From Psammoneis japonica (Eukaryota), in assembly GCA_008632985.1 (NCBI GenBank), contig QPGO01000241.1, forward strand, positions 1-64,000: a stretch of 64,000 nt of DNA, given 5' to 3'. Shown one piece after another: positions 1 through 13,660 of this stretch (its first letter is position 1; each line of letters opens with the position of its first letter). The notes beneath the pieces were generated by a model. That model ran no database searches. It saw nothing but the letters and a program-made list of their open reading frames with translations, and was not told the DNA's origin. The translations under genes were made by a program, and so were the position numbers.

Positions 1-1562
1 GGCAGCCCTTAAAGCAACCGTCACTGGCCGCTTGAGTCTCGCGATGTCTTGAACCAATGTTCAACGGTGCCTGATTGGCACAACAGCCCTTAGAGGTCAG
101 AATTGTGCCCTCGCAAGATGGGTCTCCATTGATGTAGATCTTCAATTCATTTTGGCTTTTAGTCACAACAAGATGGGTCCATGTGTGGGCTGGAATCTGT
201 CTTGCGCTGTCGATGCTGAAAATGTTGTCAGACCTGCAACCACCAAAGCAGCCCCCCACCCTTGCAATGCCGGTCTCCTCTTGAATTGCCATCCAAAAAG
301 CACCTGCCTTCTGAAAGATGTGGTGTTTGCGGCATTCAGCCGTGGCATTTTTATTTGCAATGACGGGAGTGTGCCGCACCCATGCCATCATGGAGTGCTC
401 ATCCATGTTCAGATTCTTTGCTTGCTGAACAAGCATGTGGTCATCTTTGCCATCGAAATGGCCTGCAGTCTTGGAAAAGCCAACGCTGTTGGACTGTGGA
501 TCACCATGTCCTCGAGTTGTGTCCCACTCCAATTCTCCCGAGTCTGTGTGCAGCTTGCCCTCCTTGGCTAAAGCATCCTTTGTCCAAACAGCTCGTTGGC
601 ACTTTTTGTTGCAGTTTGGGTCTGTTTGGGAGCCACACCTGTGTCCTCCAACATTTTTTTCAGTGTGTGCCAACAGAGACGTTTGTTGTCAGCGGCACCG
701 TGCTTGGTGTTGCACTGATTTTTTTCCACAAAAGATCCAGCTGGAGAGAATCCCACGCTCCAGGCATTGTTGAAATGCCACTGAATGGCGCCATCCTTTG
801 TTGCATTGTTGTTGTTGTGACTGCCTGTGTCAGTGAAAGCCAAACTTGTGTTTCCAAAGCCAACAAGCATCCAAGAATCAGAGCTTGCATCAGGGCGGCA
901 ACCATGCATCACGCAGTCACCTCCACCGCAGGCAGCCACAATCTGCTCATTGACTTTGTTTGAGCCATCACTGCAAATGCCCGAGTGGCACAGAGTCCAG
1001 CCCTTGCCATCAATCTCAGACTGGCACTTCTCTTCGGCAATGCCAGGGACAAAACCATCAAAGGTGCACTCAAGAATTGGTCCATCACATGGCTTGAAAC
1101 TGGGGAGACGGAATGATTTCATGGAAAGCTTCACACGGTTCTTGCCAATAAAAATGGGGGTGTCATCGGGTGAGTTGATGGTCAAGCATGCGCCCCCTTT
1201 CTTCAAAGCAAAGTCAAAACCATCCACATCACGTTTTCCCATGGCAAGGATGAAATTTGGAGGGTTGAGTTCATCATCTTCTTTTTCAAGGAGCGGGGAT
1301 TTCTTTTTGTGCCTGACGCCACTGGCTCCATCCGCCACCAATGTGCCAGTGATTGTTGCGGCATTTCCAGCCACAACAGCGCGCAGACTCCAGTTGTCGG
1401 AAAAAAGCACTTCCTGACAAGAAAGATGCCTTTGTCCTTTCTCTTGTTCAGATTGCCAACATCACCACATTTTGGTGCTACATCAGCAGAAATGACAAAT
1501 GGGAACTTCATCCAAACCAATGAAAGGACTGTCTGTAGAATGCTGGGGCAAAGGGCTTTCAT
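1..1562 (-). pseudogene. Decayed copy of the secreted LamG-domain gene (runs off the window start)
   Basis: Colinear with 14010-15641 and 24180-25817. Tyr replaced by Cys/His (LCYSG->LCHSG, GDYVMYG->GDCVMHG, QWYF->QWHF). Frameshift near 1400 (ggaaaaaagcac vs ggaaaagcac) and a deletion/stop near 568. Confidence 0.92.
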
Positions 1563-1761
1563 CTTGACTTTCAGTTTCACAACAGAGACGACTGAGCTTT
1601 TTTGTGACAAGAAGGTTCTTTCTTCCTGACCATGCCTCTGCTCTCTAATCTGGTTTGCGGATTCCGAAACATTCATGAATGGTGCAACTTGGCATGATTC
1701 TTTTTGTTCTTTCTTCTGCAGGTTGCAGGATGCAGGGCATCGCACATTCTCCGCTTTGATG

Positions 1762-2989
1762 GGAGTTGCATGAAATGTCAAAATTTTCATTTTTCCTTGC
1801 AAAAATGCACAGAAATGTCAGAGACCTGCCTGCCTGCATGCAAGTGCCACCATCTGCATGATGCTGCAAAAGTTTGTGCACTTGCCACTGAAACACTGCT
1901 TGTGCTTTTTGCCAGGGGACACACCACAGATGCACAACATTCGAGGCACTCAGCTGCAGGACAAATCCTGTGCATTTGAGACTCTGATTTGACAAAATGT
2001 CAAAATTCCATGGAAGGTTTCTCAATTGTCTTTTTTTCCAATCGGTGCTGAGACAAAATGCCCCTGGAAATGCGGGCGTTGCACCACTCGGATTGTGGTT
2101 GTCTTCACCAGAACCCGCCGAAATTTCTCACATTGAGAAGACAACCCACTAGAGTGAGAATGTCAAAATGGTGTTGGAAACGAATGAGAACCCCACCCGA
2201 CACATGGAACCATCAATCCACCTGCGGCAACAAAAACACTGCTGTGTGGCACCAGCACGGTGGCAATCATTTTAGCATGACAACACAAAACATCAAATGC
2301 GCAACACACGACTGCATTGCTCACCATGCAACTTCACCTGCCCATGGCCACAGCAGATTGTCTTGCAAGGACAGTCATTCAGAGGCCAACAAGATTGGAA
2401 TGGATTTGGAGCCACAGGTTCGCGCCATGCTTGAGCACTTTGCAAGACATGGTGCGCGAGTTGTGGGGCCTTCTTCAAGATGAGGGCAACATTTCTCATG
2501 GGTTCCTGCCCACTCACTTGTTGTGTGCCCTTGTTTTCTGAATCTGCATTGTTCTGAAAATATTGTGCTGGGAATCTGTGGTGCAGCACACGAAGACACG
2601 ACAAGAAAATGGTTTTGTGTCGGAACAGAGTCAGCTGCAAATCTGGACTTGTTGCGCACCATCACTCCAATCTCTTTTTGAAAATCAATGTGCTGGCATT
2701 AGCTTCGCCATCATCTCATCTTAGATTGACTGGTAAAACAGGTTTATGGATGATGATGGCATGCACGGTGACGGTGGACGGAACTGATTTTCGTTTCGCA
2801 TCATCAACGAACCATCGCCGCGTTCCGCGTTCGCCGTTCGACCCCATCTGGAGTCGGTGTTCGTTCGCATGCCGGTAGCACTAAATGCAACGTTTTAGGG
2901 GATGAATAAAATGAATTCTCGTCACGAAAAATCGCGAAAAATAGGGAAAAACCAAGAAAAACGAAAATTTCGACATTTCATGCAACTCC
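1762..2989 (+). mobile_element. Internally deleted PIF/Harbinger(ISL2EU)-like DNA transposon
   Basis: ~33-bp TIRs GGAGTTGCATGAAATGTC(A/G)AAATTTTC(A/G)TTTTT starting at 1762 and ending at 2989. ATG duplicated on both sides (1759-1761, 2990-2992). The paralogous sites near 15855 and 26020 are empty. Transposase remnants HLLCAL..FLNL..E..EDTTRKWF (~2510-2615) and CTVTVDGTDF (~2762-2791) resemble DDE_Tnp_4. Confidence 0.8.
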
Positions 2990-3768
2990 ATGCCATCGGC
3001 TTGTGTCTACATTATGCTGCGTGTAGTGGTCGCGCGTCCTCGTCGTGCTCGAGTAGCATTTCGTATTTCGTACTCCTACTCTACTCTCTAGAGCTAGCTA
3101 CTCTACTCTAGAGTACCGGTGCTCTACACTCTACCTACCTCTACATATCATCGGCCCACAAGTTTTAGAAAAGGCGCAAGCAAGTAGTGTCTACTCTAGA
3201 GAGAGTAGAGTAGACTGTCTGTTGTAGATAAAGCGTATAGGTCTACGCGTCAAATACCAATTAGATTCAATGAATATTCTTACTCTCTAGCTACTGGCTA
3301 CCTAAGAGTCAAATTTATTGGTGTCGGCGTGCCACCGTCGTTGCACAGTGCAGCACGACGCGAACTCGGTGAGTCCCGAGTCGTCACAGCTATTTTCATG
3401 GAAAGCGCAAAAGAGCAGACAAAAAGTAGGCCTTCAAACTATTTGATGCATCTGACACATGTTCTTTCCCCAATAAAAGAGTGCTCCAGGATGGAACCTT
3501 CACCTCGGCTACAACAGGAACCGCAGAGATTGACACTACTTGTACAATGGTCAAACGGGATGATTCGTCCGTAAACGCTGTGACGAATCGACTTACTGTG
3601 ACAGCTTGCCACAATGATACCACTCTTGCGTTCAAATCTGAATCTTCTTCAAATCAATCAGCGAAATGAATGTAGCGCAATTGATTTGCTCTGATGCACG
3701 GAAAGTGATCGTGGGATAGGTGAGATATGGTCGTGGGAGGAGAGGTAGTTTCAATACTGCAGTAGCGG

Positions 3769-4767
3769 TTAACAGCCCTCAATGCCTCTCTCCTCAACAA
3801 TCTTATCCTTATTCTCGCCACTTTCTGTCAAGGCAGCACGTTCATTATCTGGTGTTGCAAGACATTCGTTCCAAGCGAGTGATTGTAGTGCAGCACCAAT
3901 GTTTCCCAGCACAAATAAATCCCGATCCGGTTTGTTAAATATCCCACCAGCCGGCACACTGACAAACCCAAATTTTTGATACAGTTTCACAGCGGCAACA
4001 TTGGAATGCCCACCTGCCACGTGAAGTATGGCTCGATTGTTGTTCAGAGAATAAGCTTCATAGAGCGCACACGCAAGAAGCAGTGAGCCGTATCCGTTTC
4101 CCCAAAATGGCTGCTTTACTGCCAAGAGCTCAATCTTGACCCAACAATGGACAAGACCATCAATGACATCCTGTCTATTGAGTGCATTTCCTCTTGTCAA
4201 ACTCGCAATGTTATTGCTCGCCGACGCTTGATACAACCAATGCAAGGATTCCTCTCGCACGGATACCAAAGAAGCCCTGCTGTGTCTTTTACATTTGCCA
4301 TCGTCGTTTTCATTTTCGTCACCATTGTCATTCATTACTAGACCTTTTGAGATGGACGCAGACAGAGCCTCAAAATTGATCCAACTTTTTATTTCATCAT
4401 CTGGCACCTCGCGCCAAAACACCAACCCCACAATTTCATTATTTTCCTCGTTTCGGAGCGTCAAAAGATGCAGCATACCTTCATAGTCGTCCTCCACAAA
4501 GGCTTCAAATAATGTCCTTTCCACGTCAATCGACAGTGCATTTCCTTGACAAAACGACTCTGCAGTATGAAGTATACCCGCGGCTGACGTTGGAGTCTCC
4601 GAAACGCGGGACAAGTGGCAGTGTTGAATGGCTGCTGACACCTTGGCTGGCCAATCGACGACGGTGAATGCTCTGCTGCTGCTTTGTAATACAATGCCGT
4701 CCTCTCGACCACCGGAAGACGACACAGCAGCAGCAGCAGCACTACTGTTGGTTCTGGATGGTGACAT
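3769..4767 (-). CDS. GNAT-family N-acetyltransferase (ORF extends to 4830; likely start MSPSRT at 4767)
   Basis: Intact ORF with normal Tyr content. GNAT motif A ELLAVKQPFWGNGYGSLLL and motif B NVAAVKLYQKFGF. Confidence 0.85.
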   Translation of the reverse strand: MSPSRTNSSAAAAAVSSSGGREDGIVLQSSSRAFTVVDWPAKVSAAIQHCHLSRVSETPTSAAGILHTAESFCQGNALSIDVERTLFEAFVEDDYEGMLHLLTLRNEENNEIVGLVFWREVPDDEIKSWINFEALSASISKGLVMNDNGDENENDDGKCKRHSRASLVSVREESLHWLYQASASNNIASLTRGNALNRQDVIDGLVHCWVKIELLAVKQPFWGNGYGSLLLACALYEAYSLNNNRAILHVAGGHSNVAAVKLYQKFGFVSVPAGGIFNKPDRDLFVLGNIGAALQSLAWNECLATPDNERAALTESGENKDKIVEERGIEGC

Positions 4768-7700
4768 GATTCTGCTCGTACCGTAGAAGACAATGTTTTT
4801 GTGCATTGTGCATTGTGCAATGGATGTCATGATGTGTATGCGACGTTGCGCCTGTGCTGCAACCTGAAACCGACCGTTGCGTGCTTGGCTGCCCAGTCTC
4901 TCATGTTTTCACCAGTGAAGTGGACCATGCAAATGTTGGAAACATCAACACACCAGCTCCTGTCAACAGAGCTTTGCTCAGGAGTGCAGCTTGACAACGC
5001 TGTGGTGCAACGAACACTCAAAATTGCCATCAATCCATTGACTGCTGACCCAACAATCCATGGTGCATTTCAATTGCCAGCCCCACAGAAGACTGCCAGG
5101 CACCAGGCACTGCCAGATTTGTGTGCACTTGTGCTGCCCATTGGAGGCCAGCTCTGCTCAAATGTCAACAGCGTGACTGCCAGGTTTTTTCTGATTGCTG
5201 CACCAAAAACCACAGCTGCTGGGGGACATGTTGGGCCTCCAAGCATGAGACTTTCTTGCAACAAAAAATGATGCACATGGGAATGCACTGGCAGCAGACA
5301 GGGTGCAACATGATGCCTGCCCTGCAACTGTCAGATCTGTGTGCAAGCCATGTGATGTGCATGGACCATGCTTTGGATGACAGCTTGGGTCCTCTTGTCA
5401 ATCCCTTGCACCCTCACACAACAACCACCACCCTGATCCTGCTGAACCAGCGTCAACGTGATGGCATGTGTGCAAGAGCAGCTTTGCTGCTGGCAATGCT
5501 GCATCATGTGTTGCAGCAAGAGCCAAAAAGACCATGACTTGCTGACAATTTTTGACACATCATGGCAATGTCCCAAAACAACCCAACCCCAGACTTTCAT
5601 CCATTGGCCAACACACAGTCAGCAGCTGAGAAATGGGTCTGCCCACAAAAAGTCCCCCCACCTGTTTTTTTTTGCCAAAACATCCTTTTTTTTTCTGGCA
5701 GCAAATCTGATGTTTGTGTGTGGACATTCACAAATGGAATGTTGGGCAATCAATGCCAGCACATTGTTCTTGCACAAAATTGTGATGAACAAAAATGCAA
5801 ATGCTCTGCACACTGATCAGTGTAAAATGTTGAGATCCCATGAGCAACAGCACACCTTTTCACACGAATGTTTGAAATTTCAAATTTTCCATGACTTGTC
5901 AAAATGCGACAACAGTGGCAACAGCCAATGCAATGTGCTCCATCAATGGCCACAAACTCACCACGACACTGACATGTGTCGACAGGATGCAGTTCATGTG
6001 ACATGTGTGTGCCTTGCTGTGCTTTGACATTGATTGATCACAGCAAAAACAGCTGCAATGTTCAATTTTTTGCCCATTGCTTTTCAACCGCACAAGTCAA
6101 CAATGAGCCCGTTGCACTTGCATGTGTCAATTCCACCACACATGAGTTCACAAGATGCAACACACTGTTGATTGTTGTGGCTCTTGAAGGTGATGCCGTT
6201 GAAGAAATGGCAAACGTTTCGTGGTTTCTGGCTGTGGCATTTTAATGGTGATTGCAGTGCTGAAACTGAGCTGTGCTTGTCAAGTTGGCATGGCTGCCAC
6301 TTTGCACATCATGTGCCCACCACTGCTCCCCTTGTTGTGGTGCCTTTGAGCCAATTGGACCTCCATTTCCTTGTTGCACTTTCATCAGTTTCAAAAACAG
6401 CATCCAAGATTTTTGCAGTGCAGTGCTTGTCTCACCCGACTCCAGCGCCATTGCCTCCAGAGATTTGGCCACCTTTCTTGAGTGCCTCCAATCCTTGACC
6501 TTCCAGTGGTCCACCATTCCATGACAGAAAGAGTGGGATTGTCTTCCGGATCACACGCCGGCTGAGTTGGGGTGACGACTGCTGGAGCAAGAGGGTTGCC
6601 ATCCATGTGGGGTGTGGTGGCGTTGGGAGGGGTTGGAGACAATGGGGAAGATGTTGGCATGGTGGACCAAGTGGTTTTACCTGTGGGAGGCAGTGGAGCG
6701 TGAGAAAAATGTGTGAGTTGGTGCCGTTGCATTTGTGGGCTTTTTGGCACAAGACAACAACAGCAACAACAAGGCCAGTTGCAGCAAGGGTGGGAGCAAC
6801 ACTGGCAGGCATGCCAGTTGAATGAAACGGAGAAGGTGCAATGTTTGCACCCCTGATGGTGTCTGTTGGAGGCAGTGGAGCGTGGACAAAAAAGTGTGAG
6901 TTGGCACCATTTGATTGCAGATGTCATTGGCACAAGTCAACAACAGTGTCAACAGCACCTGTTGCACTGAGGGCATGAGCAACAGCATCGGGTGTGCCAG
7001 TCGAAAGAAATGCAGGGACGGCATTGACATTCATGACAGCATCTGTGGGAGGCAGAGGAGCATGCAAACAACAGTGTCAGTTTGCAGCATCTTGTTTTGC
7101 ATGTGTCAGACCATTCAGAACAGAAGCAATGGCATCACCTGTTGCACCAGCATCATTTGCAACAGTGTCGGCAGGAGGAACAGTGTCCTGGCAAGGCGTT
7201 GGGGAAGAAATGCAAGGCATCATCGTGGTCAATCCAATGTGACGAGTGCTTTTTTTGTGGTTGCAAGATGCGAGAAAGGTCAAAAAGTGTCTTTGGCTGC
7301 AGTCAGTTCCAAGTGACTCAAGATTCAGGGGAGAACATGGTTCAGGATTTTTCCTGCTGCTGTTGGCATTTTTGCACAAATGAAAATTTAAGTGATGTGA
7401 TGACATGTAAAAAATTCATTGCATGAACATTGCATCACCATGACATCAAAACCACATTCTCCACTTGCAGAGGGGTGAAAAAAACAAGCCCTTTGGGGGG
7501 GGCACTGACCACGGCAAGACTGTGCAACATGCGGGTCGGCGGGCACGGCCGGGCATTGGGCAGGCCTTTGTGCTGTGTCACCCTGATTGCACTGCATCAT
7601 GCACCACATGCACTGTGAGCACTTTTCATGCTGGTGCTGGCAGTGCTGTGCGGCCGGCTCTGCTCTCTGCTCTGCCTGCTGTGTGCAATGTGCCGGCATC

Positions 7701-8120
7701 AGAACTTGATCAGAATGAGGTCGTGTCAACCATCAAGATGCATGCGTGCTGCTCAACTCAATGCAAAAGGGCAACAATTTGTCATGCACTGCAGACAGTC
7801 ATTTGAACAAAACATTTTTAACACGTCACAAGGGCAGCAGCTGAACTGGGTTGCAACCCCTGTGTGTCACACGGTGCACGTGTGTGGCAAAAGTTGATGC
7901 CAAAATCACCATGGATTGCACACACACAGAAACGAAGATGTGAGCATGCAGCGGTTGAGGATCACAACATGCGCTCACTCACGTGGGGCCCACGCACGAA
8001 CTCCTGTTGCAACCTGGATGCTCCATGACAAACTGTCAGCTCCTGACAACTCTCACAAAAATTGATGTAAACTCGCCATGTGTTGCGCACTTGTGAACTC
8101 CTGTTGGAACCCGGATGTTC

Positions 8121-8230
8121 CACTCACTCACTTGCTCACTCACTTGCTCACTCACTTGCTCACTCACTTGCTCACTCACTTGCTCACTTGCTCACTTGCT
8201 CACTCACTCACTCACTCACTCACTCACTCA
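8121..8230. repeat. Degenerate tetranucleotide microsatellite (CTCA/CTTG mixture)
   Basis: cactcactcacttgctcactcacttgct... with 4-bp period and two alternating variants. Confidence 0.9.
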
Positions 8231-8759
8231 CAAATGAAGCTTTGACATCACTTGCCCTGGTGGTCAGTGAAATGACTCAACAAAAAGTCTTTTGTGCAAG
8301 ACTTGCAAGGACAAGGCATGACAAACAAAGAGGTGCATTTGCAGAGAAGAAGAAAGAGCTTTTGAGAGAGTCAAATTGCCCAGAGTTGAGAAAGCGAGCT
8401 GGACACATGATTTGGCAAATGGGCACTGGCTCCATTGGATTCCATCTGAAATGCTGAAAGATGGAAACAATGGTCAGCAGGTTGCTGCTCTGCTGGGCAA
8501 CTCTTGGGCCACTGCTGGTGTGTGACCCACAGCACCCTGCCCAGAAAGATGAAAAAAGGACAAACCACTGTTGAGCCACCAAGTGAGCAACCTCCTTGTT
8601 GTGACATTGTTTGTGGTTCACATGACACCATTCTTGGCTCTGGTGGTGGTTTTGGGAAGCTTGTGACCAGCACACATGGGGTGTGAGACAGCATGCCCAC
8701 CCTGCTCCATCCTGGTGGCTGGTGTGATGGATTGGTCCTGCATCTGTCTGGCATCAGCA

Positions 8760-11700
8760 TTTGGCAGATGACGTTAGAATGGAGTCCCTTGTTGCCAATG
8801 TGTGCAGCACCAAAACAGACACAAGGAATTTGTCAACACACTTGAAGACAGCATCTGCAACTGTGGTGCTCCCTCCAAGCTCATCAGCGATCATGCCCAT
8901 GTTGAGATCAGCAATGAAGACCTTGGCATCCTCTGTGTTCTCTCAATGTCTGGTTGGCAGAGTGAGCCCCACCAACAGCATCAGAATTTTGCTGAACAAT
9001 GCCACCAAACCTTGAAGAACATGGCCAACACTGTCATGGATCAGATCGGCTCCCCGACCTGCACTTGGTTGCTTGCTTTGATGTCTGTGTGCTTTGTCCT
9101 CAGCCACATGGCATCCTCCAAGCTTTGCTGGTGCACCCCCACCAAAGTGCTGAGTGGCTCCACTCCAGACATCAGCCCCATCTTTTGATTTCAATGGTTG
9201 GAGCCTGCATGCTGCCACCTCAACGATTCTGACTGGCCACCCAAATCCCGTGAGTTGTGCGGTCATTCTGTCAGCATTGCCAAACATGCGGGCCACCAAA
9301 TGACCTTCAAGACACTTTCTGATGAAACTCAGAAGATTCTCTGTTGGTGCAACATCTGCCCTGCTGCCTGCAACCCTTTGGCTTACAATTTGCATGTTGA
9401 TCATCCTCCTGATGTGGGGAGTCTGTCACACCCATCATCAATCCCTGCCATGACTCTCCAGATTCAGAGAATGAGGAGGAGATTGGGATGCCCAAGGTGC
9501 CAGTCTTTGACCCCCCAATGATGTCACTGGACATGCCTTCCTCATGAAGCCACAAGAGGATGGACAGCACCACAGAGCCCACATTTTCAAGGCCATTGAG
9601 GACCGTGAGATTGGGAAATTGGTGGCAACCCAGAACTTGTCAAGATCATTGGCTCAGCTGACAATGATGAACGCAAAGAAGATTTGGCCCACACACTGAC
9701 GTCATCCATCACACAGAGCAAAAAGACAAGGACACCACTCTGTTGAAGTTTCATCACATCATCTCACATGAAGGGCCATTGAGACCTCACAACCCCTCTC
9801 AGAAAGGCTTCTTGAGCTGCAACATCATGCTCAAATGGGAGAGTGGAGAGATCACACCCAAATTTCTTGCCATCATTGCCAAGGATGATCCCATCACCTG
9901 TGCCATCTGTGCATGTGAGAATGGTCTCCTCAACACTGAGGGATGGATGCACTTCTGCACCATGGCACAATGCCAGAAGAAGCTGCACTGCACTGCATGG
10001 CCAACCAAGCCAAGCTGTGCTCATTTTGCACTGCACCATGCTGCAAGTGTGGGTGCAAAGTGCCCCAGGACTGCAAGCATGCGTTGGCCCTTGTTGAGCA
10101 CAACTGGCAAGTGCAATGTTTTCCATGATTGTGGACACTGCAAAAGAACTCCAATGATCCAGCAGGACACAAGAAGATCAATGTCCAACATGATGGCAGG
10201 CACAAAGTGTGACTCTTGTCAATGGACACCTCACCAACACACCTGTGGACGGCATCCACTCTTGAGTGGTGTCCCTCTGCAGCCTCTGACTGATGATCTT
10301 CCCAGCCGAACTCAGTGAGTTAGAGACATGAGCCACCAACACTGGCAATGCTTGCCTCAAAGCCATGACCAAGGAGAAACTGTGCATCATTGCAGGCCCC
10401 AAATTTGGTGGATTGGAAGGACACATCCTCATCATCCACAAGGCACTGCATGGCCTCTGCAGCTCCAGCAGCCTCAGGTGGCATGAATGCTTTCCAACAT
10501 CTGACTGTGCCAGAATGGCAATCATTGCAAATGTGCGGCAGTGCATGTGGATGACCTGTCCTCCTTTGCCATGAAAGACCCCAAAGACTTCATCTGCACC
10601 CTCACTGAGAAGCACAAGTTCAAACTCAAGGGCACAGAACCATTGGAGTTTCACCTTGGTTGCAACTTCTCCCATGATCCTGATGGCACATTGTGTCTTG
10701 CCCCCTTTGACAATGGAGACCACCCTGAGCTTGACACATTGGAGCTGCTTGGCCCAGATGGGGTCTGTCAGTTCCAGCCCTTGGTTGGATCTCTGCAATG
10801 GGCTGCATCACTTGGTTGCATTGACATCACTGCAGCTGTTGTGTCTCTCTCTGGCTTCTGCACAGCACCCCATCAAGGCCACATGGATCACACCAAGTGT
10901 GTCTGTGGATGCTTGTCCAAGATGCAACATGGTGCCCTGTGTGTGCGCACGGAGGAACCAGATCATTTGGACCTTCCCAAGCCCACGCATGATTGGGCTG
11001 CCACTTTTTGCGGCAATGTGGAGGAACTGGTTCTTCCCACAGATGCACCCGAGCCTCTTGGCAAGTTTGTCACTGCAACTCATTGCGTTGATTCAAACTT
11101 GTTCCATTTCATGCTTGCTGGACACTCCATCACAGGCACCATTCATTTCCTCAACAAGCTCCTGGCTGATTGGTTCTCCAAGGAGAAACAAGCCACAGTT
11201 GAGACTGCAACCTGCAGATCTGAGTTTGTTGCTGCCCGGATGTGCATCAAACAGATCATTGATCTGCACATTGCCTCACCTTGGCACACCAATCCATGAC
11301 AGATGTCACACAATCAAGGATGACAAGTTAGTTGCGGACAGTGCTGCCATCCCACACTCCAAGTTGTGCAAGCAACACACTGCCCTCTCATTCCATCATG
11401 TTCATGAGACAATTGCCTCTGGCTTTGTTGAGCTCCACTTCATTGAATGTTCCTGGTTCCTGCAGTCCCGCTGACATTCTCAGCAAGCACTGGGGTTGCT
11501 CACAACTTTGGAATCTTCTCTGTCCTTTCATTTTCTGGAATGCTTTGATCCCAAGGCCTTTGCAGCCAATCTGAAGTTGAGTCTGTTTCTGTGGCTCCCT
11601 CAAGCAAACTGGGGAGTGACAGGATTTGAACAGGGTTTCATTTGTTTGTTGCACACAGATGTGTGTGCTGTCAGTTCTGCACACATGGCCATGTGATGCA

Positions 11701-11840
11701 GTTTTGCTCTCAAGCCACTGAGCTCACAAGAACAACAACAGCAGCACCAATGTCATGACACACATCTTTTTGGGCTCCTGTGATGGCATCTGCACAGACA
11801 CTCATCTGCTGTTTAGACAGCAGTGAGAAGTCATTGTTTT
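8760..11840 (+). mobile_element. Decayed Ty1/copia (CoDi-like) pol with PPT and truncated 3' LTR
   Basis: Integrase (KEFVNTLED..GAPSKLISD..SEPHQQHQN), RT (HVDDL at 10544) and RNase H (KQATVETAT..SEFVAAR, PADILSKHWG) fragments. PPT AACTGGGGAG followed by TGACAGGATTTGAACAGG at 11617, the same LTR family as 51758/55391. Confidence 0.88.
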
Positions 11841-11959
11841 CACAAAGATTGACCAACACATGACAAATGCAATGCAGCTGCAGCAGCCAACAGCCAACTG
11901 GCACCAAAAAAGACAAAACCTCTGAAAGCACCTCTCCTGCTGAGCAAGGATGACAGATG

Positions 11960-13660
11960 AGTCTGATCAACCCAGCAGTGATCTCGCCAAATCACAGGCA
12001 ACCAAATCAGGGCAAAGAAGCCAACCAACTAAACTGTTGGTCAAAGCCACACAGGTGGTCAAAAATTGTTGTGCTTGCAATGCAAGAGGTTGAAGGCAAG
12101 TTGATGTGTTTGGCAGCACTCTTTCCAAAAGACTGCCAAGTGCCAGAAAAGACCAAGGCAGATGACTCCCTCCTGGCACACAAAGCACCAGCACATCCAG
12201 ACACAATGTGTGTGCATGATGCAGTGAAACAACCTGGTCAAAAGGAATTTCTGAAAGTCATGTTCAAGGGGGTGTGATGGATCAAATGAAAAATGGAAAC
12301 TTGTTTTCCATCATTCCCAGGCCAGAGAAACTGAGAATGGAGACAAGGCATTTTTGCTGGCTGTGTGGGGCAGATGAAATGCAAGAGAGACACCAAGACT
12401 GGAAAAGTCAAGAAGTGGAAGGCACATCTCAACACAGACAGATCACACGTGCAAAAAGGAGCAAACTTCCAAGAAAAATGTGTGCCGGTTGCTTCAAGGA
12501 GGAGTTTGACTCAAATGCTGCTGACACTCACTGCAGCTTTTTAACTGGGTCACATGCCAGCCATTTCACAAGCACTGGTTGAAAATGAGCTGTGCAAGGA
12601 GATGCCAGCAGGTTTTGGGCTGGGGAGAGGGGGGGAGGGGACACAAAAAAGTTTGTTCTGAAGCTCCATCAGAATGTTTCCAGACAGAAACAAGCAGGCA
12701 AAGTGCAGAGCCAGTGCTTGGCAAATGGGTTGATCAATGAGCTGGGATTCAAGCAATCAAAGATTGATGAGTGTGTCTTCTGCAAAGGAAGGACATTGTG
12801 CATGCTTTGCATGGACAACTCAATGTGTTGGCAGGACCAGACAAAAAGGAGACAAATCAAGTTGTTGAGGATTTGGAGGCTGCCAAGCTTGGCATCACAG
12901 TTGAAGGGGACATGCAAGACTCTTTTGAGGTGAACATTGATCACAAGATGGACGGCACTGCCCGTCTGACTCAACCACATCTGATTGCCACCCCAGGTCT
13001 ACCTGCAAATGGGTGTGCCAGCACTGTTCTTGCCAAGAGAATTCCAGCTGCACATTCTGTGCTCCTCTCAAGACACTGTGGCTCAGCTTTGTTTGATCCA
13101 TCTTTTAACTTTTGCTTTCTCATTAGAAAACTGAGTTGCTTGGAAAAGTGCACCCTGAGCAACATCACCCACCTGCATCACTTCTTGTCAAAGCACTCGG
13201 TTCTCAGCAGATCCCAAGGTGGGGTGCATTGGAGAGCCATTTGGTGGATGGGTTGGCATCTGCACATGACTGAGGACAAGGGAACTGCTCTCCAAGTGGG
13301 AAAAGGATGGGATCTTGAAGTGTGCAGATGCTGATTTCAGCAGCAGCTCAGATCCCAAGGAGGCAACAAGTGATCGCAACACCACTCACCCTCATCATGG
13401 TCACATCATTGCCTGCACCGGTTGCCCAACTCTTCACAAGTTGCAACTGCAAACCAAGATTCCTTGCACTGCCAAGCACTGAAAGTGAGCATGGAGGATT
13501 GTTTCAGCCCTCTTTGGGGGAGGCAACTCCTCATGCCCAACTGCTGAAGGAACTGAAGGCACAAGGGCTTCCAACTCAAACAGCAAAAGCCAAGGTTTGC
13601 TGCAAGGTGTTCAAGGACAGCAGCAGTGTGTTGGAAATGGCAAAGGTTCACAAGCATCAC
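11960..13660 (+). mobile_element. Decayed Ty1/copia RT-RNase H fragment (second family)
   Basis: AHPDTMCVHDAVKQP..EFLK, GFKQSKIDECVFCKG, LTQPHLI, ALPSTESEH, KVFKDSSSVLEMA. Many frameshifts. Confidence 0.8.
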
